Assembly: GCA_030704615.1 (NCBI GenBank)
Contig: CM060731.1
Coordinates: 64,728,001 to 64,792,000 of the forward strand
Direction: 5' to 3'
DNA from: Takakia lepidozioides
Taxonomy: Eukaryota > Plantae > Bryophyta
Length of the DNA stretch: 64,000 bases
The position numbers were made by a program, and so were the translations under genes. Below are positions 1-13,555 of this stretch, one piece after another; position 1 is the stretch's first letter, and each line of letters opens with the position of its first letter. Under the pieces are notes generated by a model. It saw only the letters and a program-made list of their open reading frames with translations, made no database searches and was not told the DNA's origin.

Positions 1-254
1 TCAACACAATGTCTGTTCAGTGTTGCTTTGTCCTTAAAATTGTCATGACAAAATGGACACCTGATGCGATCCTTGATCCAGCCACCTTCAGTCTTATCTA
101 CTTTGAGGTCAATAAATGCCTCTGCTAACTTTTCCTCAAACTCATGGGGGGCATACCAGTACCTGTACTTTTCGTTTTTTCGGGTGGTGTGCACATACTC
201 CACCCAGTCTTGACCCTCCTTCCAATTTCTATCGACAGTTTTCCCTGACGACAT
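1..254 (-). CDS. 5' part of a gene encoding a C2H2-type zinc-finger-like protein (runs off the window)
   Basis: Manual translation from ATG at 254 is open to position 1: MSSGKTVDRNWKEGQDWVEYVHTTRKNEKYRYWYAPHEFEEKLAEAFIDLKVDKTEGGWIKDRIRCPFCHDNFKDKATLNRHCV. CxxC-x12-H spacing. A TGTGTAG acceptor-like site lies just upstream. Not in the ORF track because no stop falls inside the window. Confidence 0.5.
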   Translation of the reverse strand, partial: MSSGKTVDRNWKEGQDWVEYVHTTRKNEKYRYWYAPHEFEEKLAEAFIDLKVDKTEGGWIKDRIRCPFCHDNFKDKATLNRHCV

Positions 255-1320
255 CTTACAAGCAAACCTACACAAACTACAATCACCAACAATGGAAAAT
301 TAATAAAATAGTCAGTATTGCAACCATCTGATCTTAAGGACCTAGAGGGTCTGAACAGTCCTCTGACAATAATCGTAATTCAAGAACGGGTCCTTCAAGG
401 ATACCGTTACGTCTCAGTCCACCAGGATTCTGTAGCTGCAGGACAGGTCCTCTAGGATCTATAGCTACACAACTGACAAAAAAAGCTTGCGATAATGGAG
501 AGCACTTTCCATGGGTATCTACTGAACAGAAGAATGAAAGAATGCATTGCAGCAATGTTGACAATCATATCAGGATATGCCCACAGCAACTACACAGTCA
601 AAGCCAAGGATACAAACCTTAGTTGTACTGGCAATCAAAAGCCGTCATGCATCATCCTACCAATTTCTTGCTGTTCCTGCATTAATAGCACCTTGTACAA
701 CAAACAGAGGACTCATTATAAACAGTGCTACGTAAATTTTACAACCATTCGGCAGAACCTCCATTAGATGGTACAGAAAATAGGTTGGGGCTTGATCAAC
801 TCTAGATCCTTAAAGTGAACAGGTTGTCAGCAAATTAAGGTTGGAAGTTTTAGTCTGCTACACAACAACTCACCAAGGTAAACGTCACTTCCAAGTCACC
901 TCTCACATGGTTTTGTTGTGTGCAACCTGGGCACAAGATATACATGGCCCCAAGGCTACTACTATACATGAAGTCTCATTAGTGTGTCCTCCATCGAGAT
1001 CTTTTGTGTCTTGAATTGCCAAGTGTAAACATTCACAATGTCTACACTGGGATGAGTACAAAAATACCTGAGCATTGTCCTTGACAGACATGGTCAACAA
1101 AAAGCAGAGGCCAGTGGAAAATTCTCCTCCATTTTTTTCTGTGTAAGAAAACCTCTACAGCACCCTTCTCACACTCCCCCTCCAAAAGGAGAAATCAAAT
1201 CTGCACACATGGGTAATAAAGGTGCATTCAAACTCAGACCCACTTAACTAGAAATCTTTGTAATGTAGCAGATGTAGGAAATCCAAGAGACCTCTCTCAC
1301 TCGCACTCTCTCTCTCTCTA

Positions 1321-2712
1321 GATGTGGAGGATGGTTCACAACATGTACGTGAACACCAAAAGCCGCATTACAGTTGATGACAGAAATATAACTTCTTTGA
1401 TATTGACCAAAGTGTAGCAAACGGCTGTACCCTTTCCCCATTGCATTTCAATGTTTTCATTAATCAGTTACTTCAAGATGTGGAAAATGAGGGGTTTGGG
1501 TTAAAGGTGGGTGATGCCCCATTCCAGCCCTTAGGTTTGCGGATGACTTTGCAGGCCTAGGGATTACCCCATCCTATCTTCAGAAGTTGATAGATTGTGC
1601 GAAGTGGTACTGTGACCTTGGGAGGCTAGAAGCCAATGTTAGTAAATGTGCAGTGGCGGCTTTCAATGATCGTGGGGAGGGAGGTGGGTATATCAAATGG
1701 ACTTGGGGGGGTCAAGAGATCCCTGTGCTCACATATCTCGGTATTGAGTCTTCCTCCAGTTGCAACTGGGACACACATATACAGAAAGTGGTTCAAAAGC
1801 TATATGCAAAGCTTTGGGCCTCACTGACTTTTCCACTGCACAGGGATTAATACTGAAGTTAAAATGACTATGCTTTGCCTTGGAGTACGCATCTGCTGCG
1901 TGGGTAAATATCTCCAACCATTCTAAATCTCTAGAATACATTCAGGTTGCGTTGCTCAAAGAGAGCATGTCAGTCAGCTGAATAGTATGTCCAATACCAG
2001 ATACCCTAACATAATCGACCCCATTTCTTGGAAGCAAGACCGTCCTGTTAAACAGGCTGAGTCCTTGCGGAAAAGGGAAGAGATTTTCAAGTATTTAAAT
2101 ATTAGCCCAGAAGAATTGATTCTGCTAGATGAAGCTGACCTGGAGGTTGCAGTGTCTAATGCCATGTTGGATGCCTGAAGACCGTTCAATGAAAATGAAG
2201 CTAGGCATAAATCTTCCCTGAACTTGCTTCCAGTCTGTGACAGGGGCGAGGACCTAGGATGATTTGAAGGGCACACCTACCCTCGGCACCAGAATGAGAT
2301 TTAAACTCAGGGCGGGAAGCCTACCTTTGAACAAGAAACAGACGCAGAGAGGAAGAGGAGATTGTAATGGCCCGGCCTGAAACAATATCCATTCTCTGAT
2401 ACATATCCAGGATATTCTCACCAGAGAGTGGCTCACTTCAGGAATATCAAGAACATTGTCCCCGCTCCACCATTCACAAGTTTAGGGTTATCTTGAGGCT
2501 GAGCCTAAAGCAGCTCACACACAGCAAGTGGATGCTTGTGTGAGGATATCTGGAGGATCTGGGCTGTCTGGAGGATATCTGCAAAACCCGAACTAATTAC
2601 ACTACTGGAGGTGAGCCCCTCACAAAGGTAGTATCTCTTCCCTTTTGTTCAACCCCAAACTGGGCGCGGTCTATGGTCACAAGGCTACGGCAAAAAAAGT
2701 CTTGTGAGTACA
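1321..2712 (+). mobile_element. RTEX-like LINE copy 1, 5'-truncated and degenerate
   Basis: Colinear with 4940-6497 (FADDFAG, LEANVSKCAV, ISWKQDRPVKQA). Shares the 3' end CAAGGCTACGGCAAA..GTCTT.TGAGTAC. Many stops and frameshifts. Flanked on both sides by CT tracts. Confidence 0.9.
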
Positions 2713-3851
2713 TTTTTCTTTCTCCCTCTCTCTTGCTTTATCTTGATGGTGGATAAGCTCTTGGTAACACCACTCAAGAATTGCCTAAAACTGTTATTCT
2801 GTTGGGAATTTTCTGCGAAGAACAGAATGGGAAAGTGGGAAACGGGTTAGGGTTTCCCTACGTCCTAACGTCCTAACCCAAAGCAGCCATCCTATATGGT
2901 GAGAAGAGAGACTGCCCTATATGGTTGGAAGCCCTGGCTCTTCTCTTCTCATTTGGAAGACAAGCAGGCAAGTGCTGAAGGAGCAGTCACCTTGCTGCTG
3001 AGCTGCTGCTGAACTATGGCTGCAAGAAAGGTACTTAACCAGGCCCTTGTTTCAGTACATGGCTCTGATAACACCTCCCTTTTGGGAATGGGTGCAAACT
3101 GCTGTTGTCTTTATGGTCACTACCACCCTCCCACCCACTAGTCCGTTTTGGAATCCATGCTAAAGTAGACATGGATAACAACTGTACTCGGATTGTGAAA
3201 ATGAGGGCATAAGGCAGCCTTCTTGCTGCCTCATGCTTGGCGTGGAATGGTGAGTAAACACGTGTTTGTTATATTTTGAAAATTTTGAAAGACTGTAAGA
3301 AGATGTTAGGATCTGATCATCGGTGGCGGCCTTGCCATTTGTTGATCCTTTTGACGAGAACAAACCTACTGTAACTCTTCATGCCTACCTTGAAATAGGC
3401 AATGGCTACATGGATTCACTTTGACACTAAGACCTCTAAGACTCAAGTATGCCCACATGGGCCATTTTCAATTTCCAAAACTGCTTCAAAGAACCAATCC
3501 CTTAACTGCTCTTATAGCTGCAATTTTGACTTCTACATAGACTCTACTAGAAGTATTCTAGTATGAATCTACGGAGGTTTCTTCTCTAGTTGTGGAGACT
3601 AGGAAGGATCTTATGGTCAACACCTTGCTTGCATGTGATGACACCTTCTGTAAGCAATTGCAAGATTTGTAAGCAGACATGTTCACAAATCTGAGTTTTG
3701 CAGTACTTGTGAGGTTTCTATGTAAATGCTACTGTCTATATTGAGACCATGTCCAGATGAGTGATGTCATTAAACAAAACAGGACTAGATCAAAATGATC
3801 TAGGGCTGGACAAGTCTTGACATGACTAAAATACACTCTATCTGTGTCTCT

Positions 3852-6497
3852 TCATTGGGAGGAAACTAATTGTCTGCGGTAGAGCTGTTATTGGTGGACC
3901 AATGAGACTAAACTCAAGATAGCTGAGAGACAAGTCCTTTATAAAGAGTGCTGCAAATTGAAAACCAACAAAGAATTGTGGGCGAGGTACTACCAGATCC
4001 GTAAAGATATCAATCTGCTTGTAAGGGCTCAGAAGAAATTATACTGGGACAAGTTATACAGTGAAATAAACTCAAACCACCATGGTGGTAACGACAAGAG
4101 ATTCTGGTTGGCCCTTCAACGCTTGTACAAGCCAAAAAGCTGTCAGCAAGTACAAGTGCTGAAGACTACTAAGGGTGCAGTGGTAACTTCATCAGTTGAC
4201 ATTGTCAAAACCTTTGAAACCCACTACAGTATCCTTGGCAGAACTTCTAGGTCTAACAGTGAGGGGTCCTCTGATGAATGGAAGGTCACAGTTGGTAAAA
4301 CTGTTCCTATGATTCAAAACAGCCCTCATGAACTGGAGCATATTTCAAAAGCCTACAACGCTCCCATTAGTTCTTCTGAGATTGTGGAAGCAATTGAACA
4401 TCTAAATGGATATAAAGCAGGTGATCCTGATGGCATAGTCAACGAGCTTATCAAGCACGGTGGCGATCCCATGATAGAGGCCCTAGTTCTCCTCTTTAAC
4501 CTTATCTGGAAGACTGAAATGATCCCCTTTCGCTGGCGACAGGGGGTCATTGTCAATCTATATAAGAAGGGTGACAGAGAAGACCCGGGGAACTATCGTG
4601 GCATCACGCTCCTCAATGCTGCTGGCAAGATATTTTGCAGAGAGCAAGTCATTTGGCGAATCAAACAAAAGATCATCCAGGATCCACAGGAGGGTGTATG
4701 CAATAAGTACTCGTCTCGAGGTTGATCTGGAATCTAGAGGTTGTTTTCATGAAGGCCAAGCTGGCTTTCGGCGAAACGGGGACTGTGTGGACCATTCTTC
4801 ACTCTAAGCCAGATTATCCAGGGAAGGAAAAAAGAAGGGAAACCCACTTATGTTTTTTTCTTGGATGTCAAAAAGGCTTATGACACAGTGTGGAGAGATG
4901 GTCTATGGCTCCGCCTCTGGTCTTGCGGAATCAAGGGAAAAATGTGGAGAGTTGTCCATAACTTGTATGCCCACACCAAAAGCTGTGTCACTGTTAATGG
5001 ACAGAAGTCTAACTTCTTTGACATAGACCAAGGTGTAGCTCAAGGATGTACGCTCTCCCCTCTGCTCTTCAATGTTTTCATCAATCAACTCCTCGAGGAT
5101 GTGGAACGTGAGGGATTTGGGTTAAGGGTGGGTGATGCCACCATTCCAGCCCTTATGTTTGCGGATGACTTCGCAGGCATAGGGGAGACTCCTTCCAACC
5201 TCCAGGAATTGATTGATTGCGCGAAGAGATACTTTGATCTTTGGGGGCTAGAGGCTAATGTCAGTAAATGTGCAGAGGTGGCATTCAATGACAGAGGAGA
5301 GGGAGGAAGTGATCTTAAGTGGCAGTGGGGTAGCCAAGAGATCCCAGTCCTCCCTTCCTACACATACCTGGGCGTTGAGTTTTCCTCCAACTGCAACTGG
5401 GATGCACACATCCAGAAAGTTGTTCAAACTGGCAAGGGCAAAGCGCTGAGTTTTCACTGCAGAGGGATTAACTCTGAGGTCAAGAAAACCTTACTTTGCC
5501 GCGTTATTAGACCTGCCTTGGAGTACGGATCTGCTATATGGGTTGATAACTCCAACCAGGCTAAGTCTCTAGAATCCATTCAAGTGGGGGTGCTTAAGGA
5601 GTGCATGTCAGCATGCTCCAAAACAGCCAATGTGGCTGTTCGGGGTGAGTTTGGCATCCCTTCCTTAAGCTCCCGACGAGATGAATTCAAGGTCAGATGG
5701 TGGGGTCAGTTGCAACACATGTCCAACACCAGATACCCTAAGTTAATCGACTCTATATCTTGGAAACAGGACCGCCCTGTCAAACAGGCTAAGTCCTGGC
5801 AGAAGAGAGTAGAAGGGATTCTCAAGGATCTGAATCTGGACCCGCAAGTCTTGACCTTGCTGGATAAATCTGACTTAGAGACTGTAGTGTCCAAAGCCAT
5901 GTCTGTTACCAGCAAATTGTCTGATGCAAATGAAGTTAGGCAGAAAACTTCCCTGAACCTGTTTCCAGTCTGTGACATGGGGGAGGATATCATGGATGAC
6001 CTCAAGGGTCTACCCACTCTCAGCACCAGACTGAAATTTAAACTCAGGGCAGGAAGCCTACCTTTGAACAGTAAACAGAAGCAGAGAGGAAAGGGAGAGT
6101 GCAATTGCCCGTTGTGAGGGCAACCCGAAGACAATATTCATTTTCTGATTCACTGTCCAGGGTACTCTCACCAGAGAGAAGCTCTCCTCCAATCTATCAA
6201 GAGAATTGTGCCTGTACCTCTGTTTACCAACTTTGAAAGTCTCGAGGCTGAGCCAAAAGCCCAGGCCCTTCTGAGGCCTAGTTTTTGGGCAAATCACACA
6301 CAGCAGATTGATGCTTGTGTGAAGGGATTTCTAGAGGATATCTGGAAAACCCGAATTAATTCTATTTATAAAGGTAAGTCTTACTACCCAATGTCAGCCC
6401 CTGACGGAGGTAGGTTCTGTCCCTTTGGTTTCCGCTCAAACTGGGCGAGGGGTCAATGGCCACAAGGCTACGGCAAACAAAGTCTTATGAGTACATT
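3852..6497 (+). mobile_element. RTEX-like LINE copy 2 (RT plus C-terminal Cys/His finger), 5'-truncated
   Basis: ORFs 3958-4725, 4550-4807 and 4861-6117 give PGNYRGITLL, EGQAGFR, DVKKAYDTVWRDGLW, GVAQGCTLSPLLF, MFADD, KLRAGSLPLN and CPL..PEDNIHFLIHCP. A ~58-nt insertion near 4641-4700 relative to copy 4 breaks the frame. Confidence 0.92.
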
Positions 6498-7332
6498 CTA
6501 TAGAGAGAGAGGGTTTATCCCTTTAAATCATAGAGACATGCATTTCCATTCCTACTTATTGAGGCCATGAGTAGAGGAACAGGCCCTGACAAGCTGACTA
6601 CCCCTGGAGTCATCAGGTATGGCCAGTTGCTCTGTATAAACAGATTCTACCCTACCAAACTGTCAAGTGGCAAACTCTTTGTGTAACATATCAGGTATAA
6701 GCTGACTACGGGAATATCTGGGTGTGGTGATAGCATACATGGAGTAGTACAAAACAAATCATCCCTCACATTGGCTGGTGAAGTTACTTGCATGCACCGA
6801 CACAAATAAGTAGTGGTTTGGAAAAGGAAGATGGATATATACATGAAGCCAACCCTAGATTGCAGCATCACCATCAAAAATATTCTTTATCTTGCAAACA
6901 TACAGTGTATTGCGATTTGAAGCTAGAACTCCTAAAAACTGGACAAATACTTGGGTGGATGGGCAAATGAAAGATTGAATGGAACCAGGCGTAAGTCCCA
7001 GGCTTCAGCTAGTTTGTTGTAATGAACATGTTGTAATGCACAACATCTCCCTTGTGGCCTTACTAATCATTATCCTCCGCTGATTCTCTACGAGAGCAAA
7101 TGCATGTTGTGTGTGGCCTCATTGGGCATTGACAAGTGCCCCATGTGTGCAAATACTGGCCCATGTGGAAGCCAGGTGCATGTTGTCACAGTGCCAGCAT
7201 TTGTTAACACAAAGGAGAAGATTTTTACAGTTACATCCACAGGAGGACCAGAGGTAGTAAGAACTACATAAGAACCAAAAAGAAAGTGTCGAAATGCACC
7301 AAACATTACTCACAGATGGAGAGAGAAAGAAA

Positions 7333-9995
7333 GTACTCGTAAGACGTTGTTTGCCGGAGCCTTGTGGCCATTGACCCCGCGCCCAGTTTGAGCGGAACAC
7401 AAAGGGACAGAACCTACCTTTCTCAGGGGCTGATGCCGGTAGTAAGATTCACCTTGGAAGAAACAATTGATCCGGGTTTTCCAGATAATCCTCTAGAAAT
7501 CCCTTTACACAAGCATCAACCTGCTGTGTGTGGTTTGCCCAATAACTAGGCCCCAAAAGGGCCTGGGCCTTTGGCTCAGCCTCGAAACTTTCAAAGTTGG
7601 TAAACAGAGGTACAGGCACAGTTCCCTTGACAGATTTGAAGAGGGCGTCTCTCTGGTGAGAGAACCCCGGACAATGAATCAGAAAATGAATGTCTTCAGG
7701 TTGCCCACACAAAGGGCAATTGCACTCTCCCTTTCCTCTCTGCTTTCGTTTGCTGTTCAAAGGTAGGCTTCCCGCCCTGAGTTTAAATTTCAGTCTAGTG
7801 CCGAGAGTGGGTAGGCCCTTGAGGTCATCCATGATGTCCTCCCTCATGTCACAGACTGGATACAAGTTCAGGGAAGTTTTCTGCCAAACTTCATTTTTCA
7901 GACAATTTCCTGGCAACAGACATGGCTTTGGACACTACAGCCTCTAACTCAGATTTATCCAGCAGGGTCAAGACTTGCATGCTAAGATTCAGATCCTTGA
8001 GAATCTCTTCTACTCTCTTCCGCCAGGACTTAGGGCATATGTTGCAGCTGACCCGACCATCTGACCTTGGATTCATCTCATCAGGAGCTTGAGGAAGGGA
8101 TGCCAAACTCACCCTGAACAGCCACATTGGCTGTTTTGGAGCATGCTGACATGCACTCCTTAAGCACCCCCACTTGAATGGATTCTAGAGACTTGGGGTT
8201 ATCGATCCATATTGCAGATGCGTACTCCAAGGCAGGTCTAATAACGCGACAAAGCATGGTTTTTTTAACCTCAGAGTCGATCCCTCTGCAGTGGAAAAAT
8301 TTAGTGAGATCCAGCACTTTGCGCTTGCCAATTTGAACAACTTTCTGAAAATGTGCAGCCACAATCTAATGGGAGCATTGTAAGCCTTTGAGATATACTC
8401 CAATTCATCAGGGCTGTCTTGAATCATAGGAACAGTTTTTCCAACTGTGTGCTTCCATTCTTCTGAGGACCCCTCACTGTTAGACCTAGAAATTCTGCCA
8501 AGGATACTGTAGTGGGTTTCAAAGGTTTTGACAATGTCAACCGTTGAAGTCACCACTGCACCCTTAGTAGTCCTCAGCGCTTGTACTTGCTGACAGTTTT
8601 TCGGCTTGTATAAACATTGAAGGGCCAACCGGAATCTCTTGTCATAGGTGGTTTGAGTTTATTTCACTGTATAGCTTGTCCAACTATAATTTCTTCTGAG
8701 ACCTTCAAGCTAATAGATATCTTTGCGGATCTGGTAGTACCTAGCCCACAATTCTTTGTTGGTATTCAAATTGCAGAACTCTTTACAGAGGACTCGTCTC
8801 TCAACTATCTTGAGTTTAATCTCATTGGTCCACCAATTAACAGCTCTACCGCAGACAATTAGTTTCCTCCCAATGATCTTGTCAGCCACAGAGGAGACGA
8901 AACTCTCATCCACTGCTCTTTCTACTTCATTTCTTGCATTGCCAGAGCGAGACTGAAGGTCTTGGAGCAAGTGGACAAAATGAGGGAGAGCCTCTTGCAA
9001 GGCCTGGACATACTCAGCCTTAACCTCTTCATTTTGGAATTTCTATGACTTCCGAATCGAAAGTTCACAGATCTCTTGGTGTTGGGAAAACACCCCTTGA
9101 TCTCAGTCCAAACCAGGAAGTGGTCAGAGGTACCAATATCAGTTCTGTCGATCAACACATTGGCTTTCTGGGAAACAAATCTTTGTCCATTATGATTTAA
9201 TCCACAATGGAACGTTCCCCAGTTTGGCTTTCTCACGAGTCCACTGCACTTGGTCTCCTTTTGACCTATTATTCAAGCTCAAAAGCTGAAGTTCTTCAAG
9301 ATGGTTTATTAACCGTCTACCATTAGAATTCAGCTCGTCCTCGCCAAATGGCCCAATGGTATCATCCTGATGAAGCCTTTGCCCACCCGGGCATTGAAGT
9401 CACCCAATAAGACCACCTGACCTTTGGTGAGGAACTTAGCACAGTCCAGCTTTACGTCTTCGAAGGCTTTGTCTGCGTCAGCACTAAGGGTCCCCTCTGT
9501 GGCCATGTAAACACAACCCACAAAGAGGTCCTTCGTATTCACACCGCCCTTCAATTTCAGTTTTAGCCAGATACTGTGCTCATACCACAAACCCTTGTTG
9601 ATAATTGTCACACAAGAAATCACGGACAAAGACGCCAACCCCTTTTTGACCACGTTTGGCAGAGGCCGCCTTAAGAGCGCACATCTTACCGATCCAATTA
9701 TGACCATTGACATCTCCACTCAGTTTGACCGAAGTTTCCCTTGTCTCTTGCCCAGCACAGATATGAATATTCCGAAGAACTTGTCCCACTTCGAATTGTT
9801 TCCTTTGGTTAGTCAGCCCTGAGAAATTGAAAGTGCCCAACCACAAGCCAGCCCTTTGCCTATGAATTGTTTGTCGTCTAGGTAGCCTATGGTTGCTCCT
9901 GGACGGCCAACCGTTCTGCAAAGGGGGGACAATTACCCCGTGTGTAGATTTTGCTCGTCTTGGGTAAACTTTAAGGATTGGTAAACCATTCAGAG
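7333..9995 (-). mobile_element. RTEX-like LINE copy 3, both ends present, RT core deleted
   Basis: APE endonuclease motifs (GTFNFSGL, AGQET, VVLLGDFNARVG, TSDHFLVW) at ~9100-9850. Deletion junction near 8362 joins YNAPI to AHFQKVVQ. C-terminal CPLCGQPEDIHFLIHCP. Imperfect direct repeats AGATGGAGA.AGAAAGA at ~7315 and ~9999. Confidence 0.9.
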
Positions 9996-12554
9996 TAGAT
10001 GGAGATAGAAAGAGAAAGAAAGAAAGTTTATAATGTCCACAAATGACCAAAGAGGTTATGTGACAGTATTGTATCATAAACAGAGCTCAAGAACTAAATC
10101 ATTGGAAAAACACAGACAGTCAAAGAAAGAAGAAAATAGAAACGTCCTGCAGTGGATGGTAGGAGAAGGACTACTCTACTGTACAGGTCAGATTTACCTG
10201 CGATGGTGGTGGCTTGCGTCTTACTACTAGGGAATGGGTTGACTGAATTTTCTGCATGGAATTCTTGAATACTAGGTGGGAATCACCTAATTTGAGCAAG
10301 AACTATTTCTTTATCAGTAGAGGTCATTGGTACAACAGTTACTGCACGCTGTAAGCTGAAGGTGGGTACATTGTCCTAGGCAGGAGGCACCTCTATTGCA
10401 GCTGGAGCAACAGCAGGAGATTGTATGCAGTGGTTGGTTTATGTGCTGGCCCTACTTACTGGGAGAATGCTGTTGTCTGTAGTGTCCAGAGCTGCTCCTA
10501 GTCACCTTTTTGGCTCTGAAGCAATCTATTGGGGCTCCAATAAGATCATCAGCCATTGAAGAGATAGTGCTTTGTAAGGTCCTTTGCCTGCCTGAATGGC
10601 CATGAATTCAAACGTACGAAAGACACCCTTCAGAGATGAAGGCATCTGTGTGCTACCCATAAGATCTTGCATTTGATGTTATTCCCTTAGTGAGGAATTA
10701 TCACATTAGCATAAGGAATGCGATCTGGCAAGTAGGGTGTAGCTAGAAAATTTGAAGAAAGGACTGACCCCAACACACATATTACTTACATGGGATGGGG
10801 AGGAAATTAGGCATTGGCACAGCACTGAGCAGGCTCTGGTCTATTGCGGATCAGATGGGCCAATTCTTTTCAAGATGAAGGTGTAGGTGAGGTCAGCTCA
10901 ATTTTCCTCTCGCGCATGTGGGTGTTGAAACCCACTCGAGGTAAACATTCAAATCTCAATGTAATGTTAATAAAAGATTCCGGTTTGACTCCCCTCTGGT
11001 AACTAACTCCTGGCAATAGACATCAAGAAACCCCACTACTTGATAGTAGCTTATGTCTACGAAGGGCGCCTACAGTAGATTGTTCAGAATGTACTCATGA
11101 GAGGTTGTTGCTTTGAGAAGTTCTTTGTTCCTCTGCTTCTTTGGTTTGACTTCTCTTTGCCATGTATGGGTTGGGCAATTTCATTCCGTTAAACAGCATA
11201 AGTTTTGGGTTACAGCACTTTCCCAATCTCTATTTGACAATGCTGGGAACTTTGAGGTATAGTCACCCCATCTAGCTTGCTCAGGGTACGCCCTGGGACA
11301 ACTTTCATGGTTTTTGTCTTTTGATTGAGAACCTTTTCCGTGCTCAAGTTGCTAATACACATTGAATTCATCAGAGACCAGCAGTCTCTTGTGGATGCTC
11401 TAGTATCATATTTTGAAATGCTATTTAGGCCACAATTGTTTCTGAAGATCTAAGTGCCTGAAACAGGGCACATTGCACCTAGAGTGGTTTCCTTGAGCAT
11501 AGTTCAGGTACCCTTACATGAAAACAGTAGGGCCTGCTGGAGTCATTCGATTAAAAGACTTCACTCCATTCAGGTGTCCACGGCCTTCCGAAGCATTGCT
11601 GCATTCTCGGATTCAACTCACTGTGATGTCATCCAACGCCCTGCTCCCTGCTAGCAACAATACCCAAAGAGGGCGACAGCCGCCAACTTCTACGCATCAT
11701 AAAATGCTCATCATACCGCCCGAACCCTAAACCCTGAACATCTACAAGCTACACCTCAGTATTGCCTGGTATGTCTTTCAGTACAATCCACGCTTTTATG
11801 CGCATTTTGTCTGACATCAGAATTGACGGGAGAGCAAGACGACATATGGCTAGTAAATAAGAAGACTAGCAATGGTGAGTGCAAAACTGGAGGATGATGC
11901 TCATCCACGAATGCCGTGTGAAACTTAACCAAATGAAAGTGTAGATCAAGCAAAGAAGGAGTAGCAACCTCTGTGATAGGCACATGCAAGCTCCGAGAGA
12001 CGTTCAGCAGCACCGGATCTCCCACTGCACCTGCTCACCCTCTCCGCTCTTCTCCCTTTGACCCAGCAGAGAATCGACGATATTCTGTGGATTTCCGCTA
12101 GCCTCTCATCCTCTGTATCTCCGTCAGGACTCTTCACTCATTGCCATAGAATTCGCCGACTCAGAGCATACTACATCCCCAATTCAAGTGCAATTTGTGG
12201 AAACTGGTGTGAGATGAGAGAGAAACTGACCATAACAGCCAGCGAGTGCACGAGACACAAGGTCTTCATTGACTGTTCCTGCGAATGATGCCATGATAGC
12301 ACGGTCTCTGCGGGATTCTCACCCTCTTCGGCCACGCAGGAACAGGAGCGCGGGGACGGGGGCCGCGGGTCCCGTGATGCTCCCCGATTGTTCACAAAGC
12401 AAGGGAACATTTCCTTGTCTTCTCCTTTTACACTATGTACCATTGGTTCCTTATCAAGCATATCCTACGAATCTCCAATGAAACAGACTTCTGTTCATTG
12501 ATTATCAGCCTCGTTACAGAATAATTCTAGAATCTTTAGGATATTCTATGGAGA

Positions 12555-13555
12555 ATGGTATCAATCTACTGATTGCCATGGTCAGAAACTTGTTGGCTGA
12601 TGCTCGGAGTTTTGAATTGCCTGGCTCTTGCCTTTGCAGGTAAGGCATCGACTTTCTCACAGTTTGCTGGTTCCCCTTCCTCTTTTATGCAAGCCGTGGA
12701 AAGTATAGACGATACCATGCACCTCTCTTCCTCTCCGTTTCTGGTTTGATTCTCTGCCCAGGTTTGGACTGCGTTGCAGCATTCTGTTTGCGAGTCTGGT
12801 TAAGGGCAGCAGGAGGTTATATCATGATGTTGGGCTTGGGGGATGCTGCAACTAATTAGCTGTACGATCTGTGATGTCTCTGAGGCATTGAGTGAAGACA
12901 GGCACCTTCAGAGCAGGGTCCAGGCCCTCAAAGAAACTTGGTCGTACTTAGAAGGATTGTTGCAGTGCAGAACTTGGAGGAGAAGAGGAGGAGAAGTCAT
13001 CAGATGGAGATAGAGTAGGCCATACATGTGGCTTGCAGTTTCGTGTGATAATTTGTGTCTCTTTTTTCTTCGGTTTATAGGTCCCATCCCCGATGATCTG
13101 TGTGCAAGTGTGCCATATCTTGTTATTTTGGACCTGTCTTATAACCAGATCACGGGTCAGATCCCTGAAAATATCTCAACTTGTCTATACCTCAACCGGC
13201 TAATCTTGAACAACAATAGGCTTACGGGAAAAATTCCAGGGCAGCTTGGACAACTTGAACGTCTCCAGCAGTTGGATGTGTCAAGTAACCAACTTGAAGG
13301 GATGATTCCAACTAGTTTTGCGGACCACAAAGTTGAAAACCAAACAGGATTTCCTGCAAGCAGTTTTTGAACAGTTCACTCCTTTGTGGTCCTCCTTTGA
13401 CTAACAATTGCACAGCCACAGCCATCCATAAAGGGGGACAGGGAGCTGTGGTTCGCGATGTAATTTTGTTGGTGGCAATCGGGGCCTTGCTTACATGGTT
13501 GCTGGCCACTCGGGCGTTGTTTGCATGGTTCTTCCTGAGACAACTGTGCAGCTGA
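12555..13555 (+). pseudogene. BIR-like LRR receptor-like protein (signal exon, LRRs, TM, no kinase), disrupted
   Basis: Exon 12555-12639 (hydrophobic MLGVLNCLALAFA, with an in-frame TGA upstream at 12570) splices in phase 1 to 13081: GPIPDDLCASVPYLVILDLSYNQITGQIP...LNNNRLTGKIP. A 1-nt frameshift in a T run at ~13365 leads to LCGPPL and a TM helix ending FFLR. Confidence 0.7.

Noticed and set aside
3061-3075. tRNA-iMet primer-binding site (also ~50294-50305)
   Set aside because: Imperfect match, and no adjacent TG..CA LTR pair could be delimited.
10200-12480. Gene or retroelement remnant
   Set aside because: Coding-like patches, but no diagnostic motif found on either strand.
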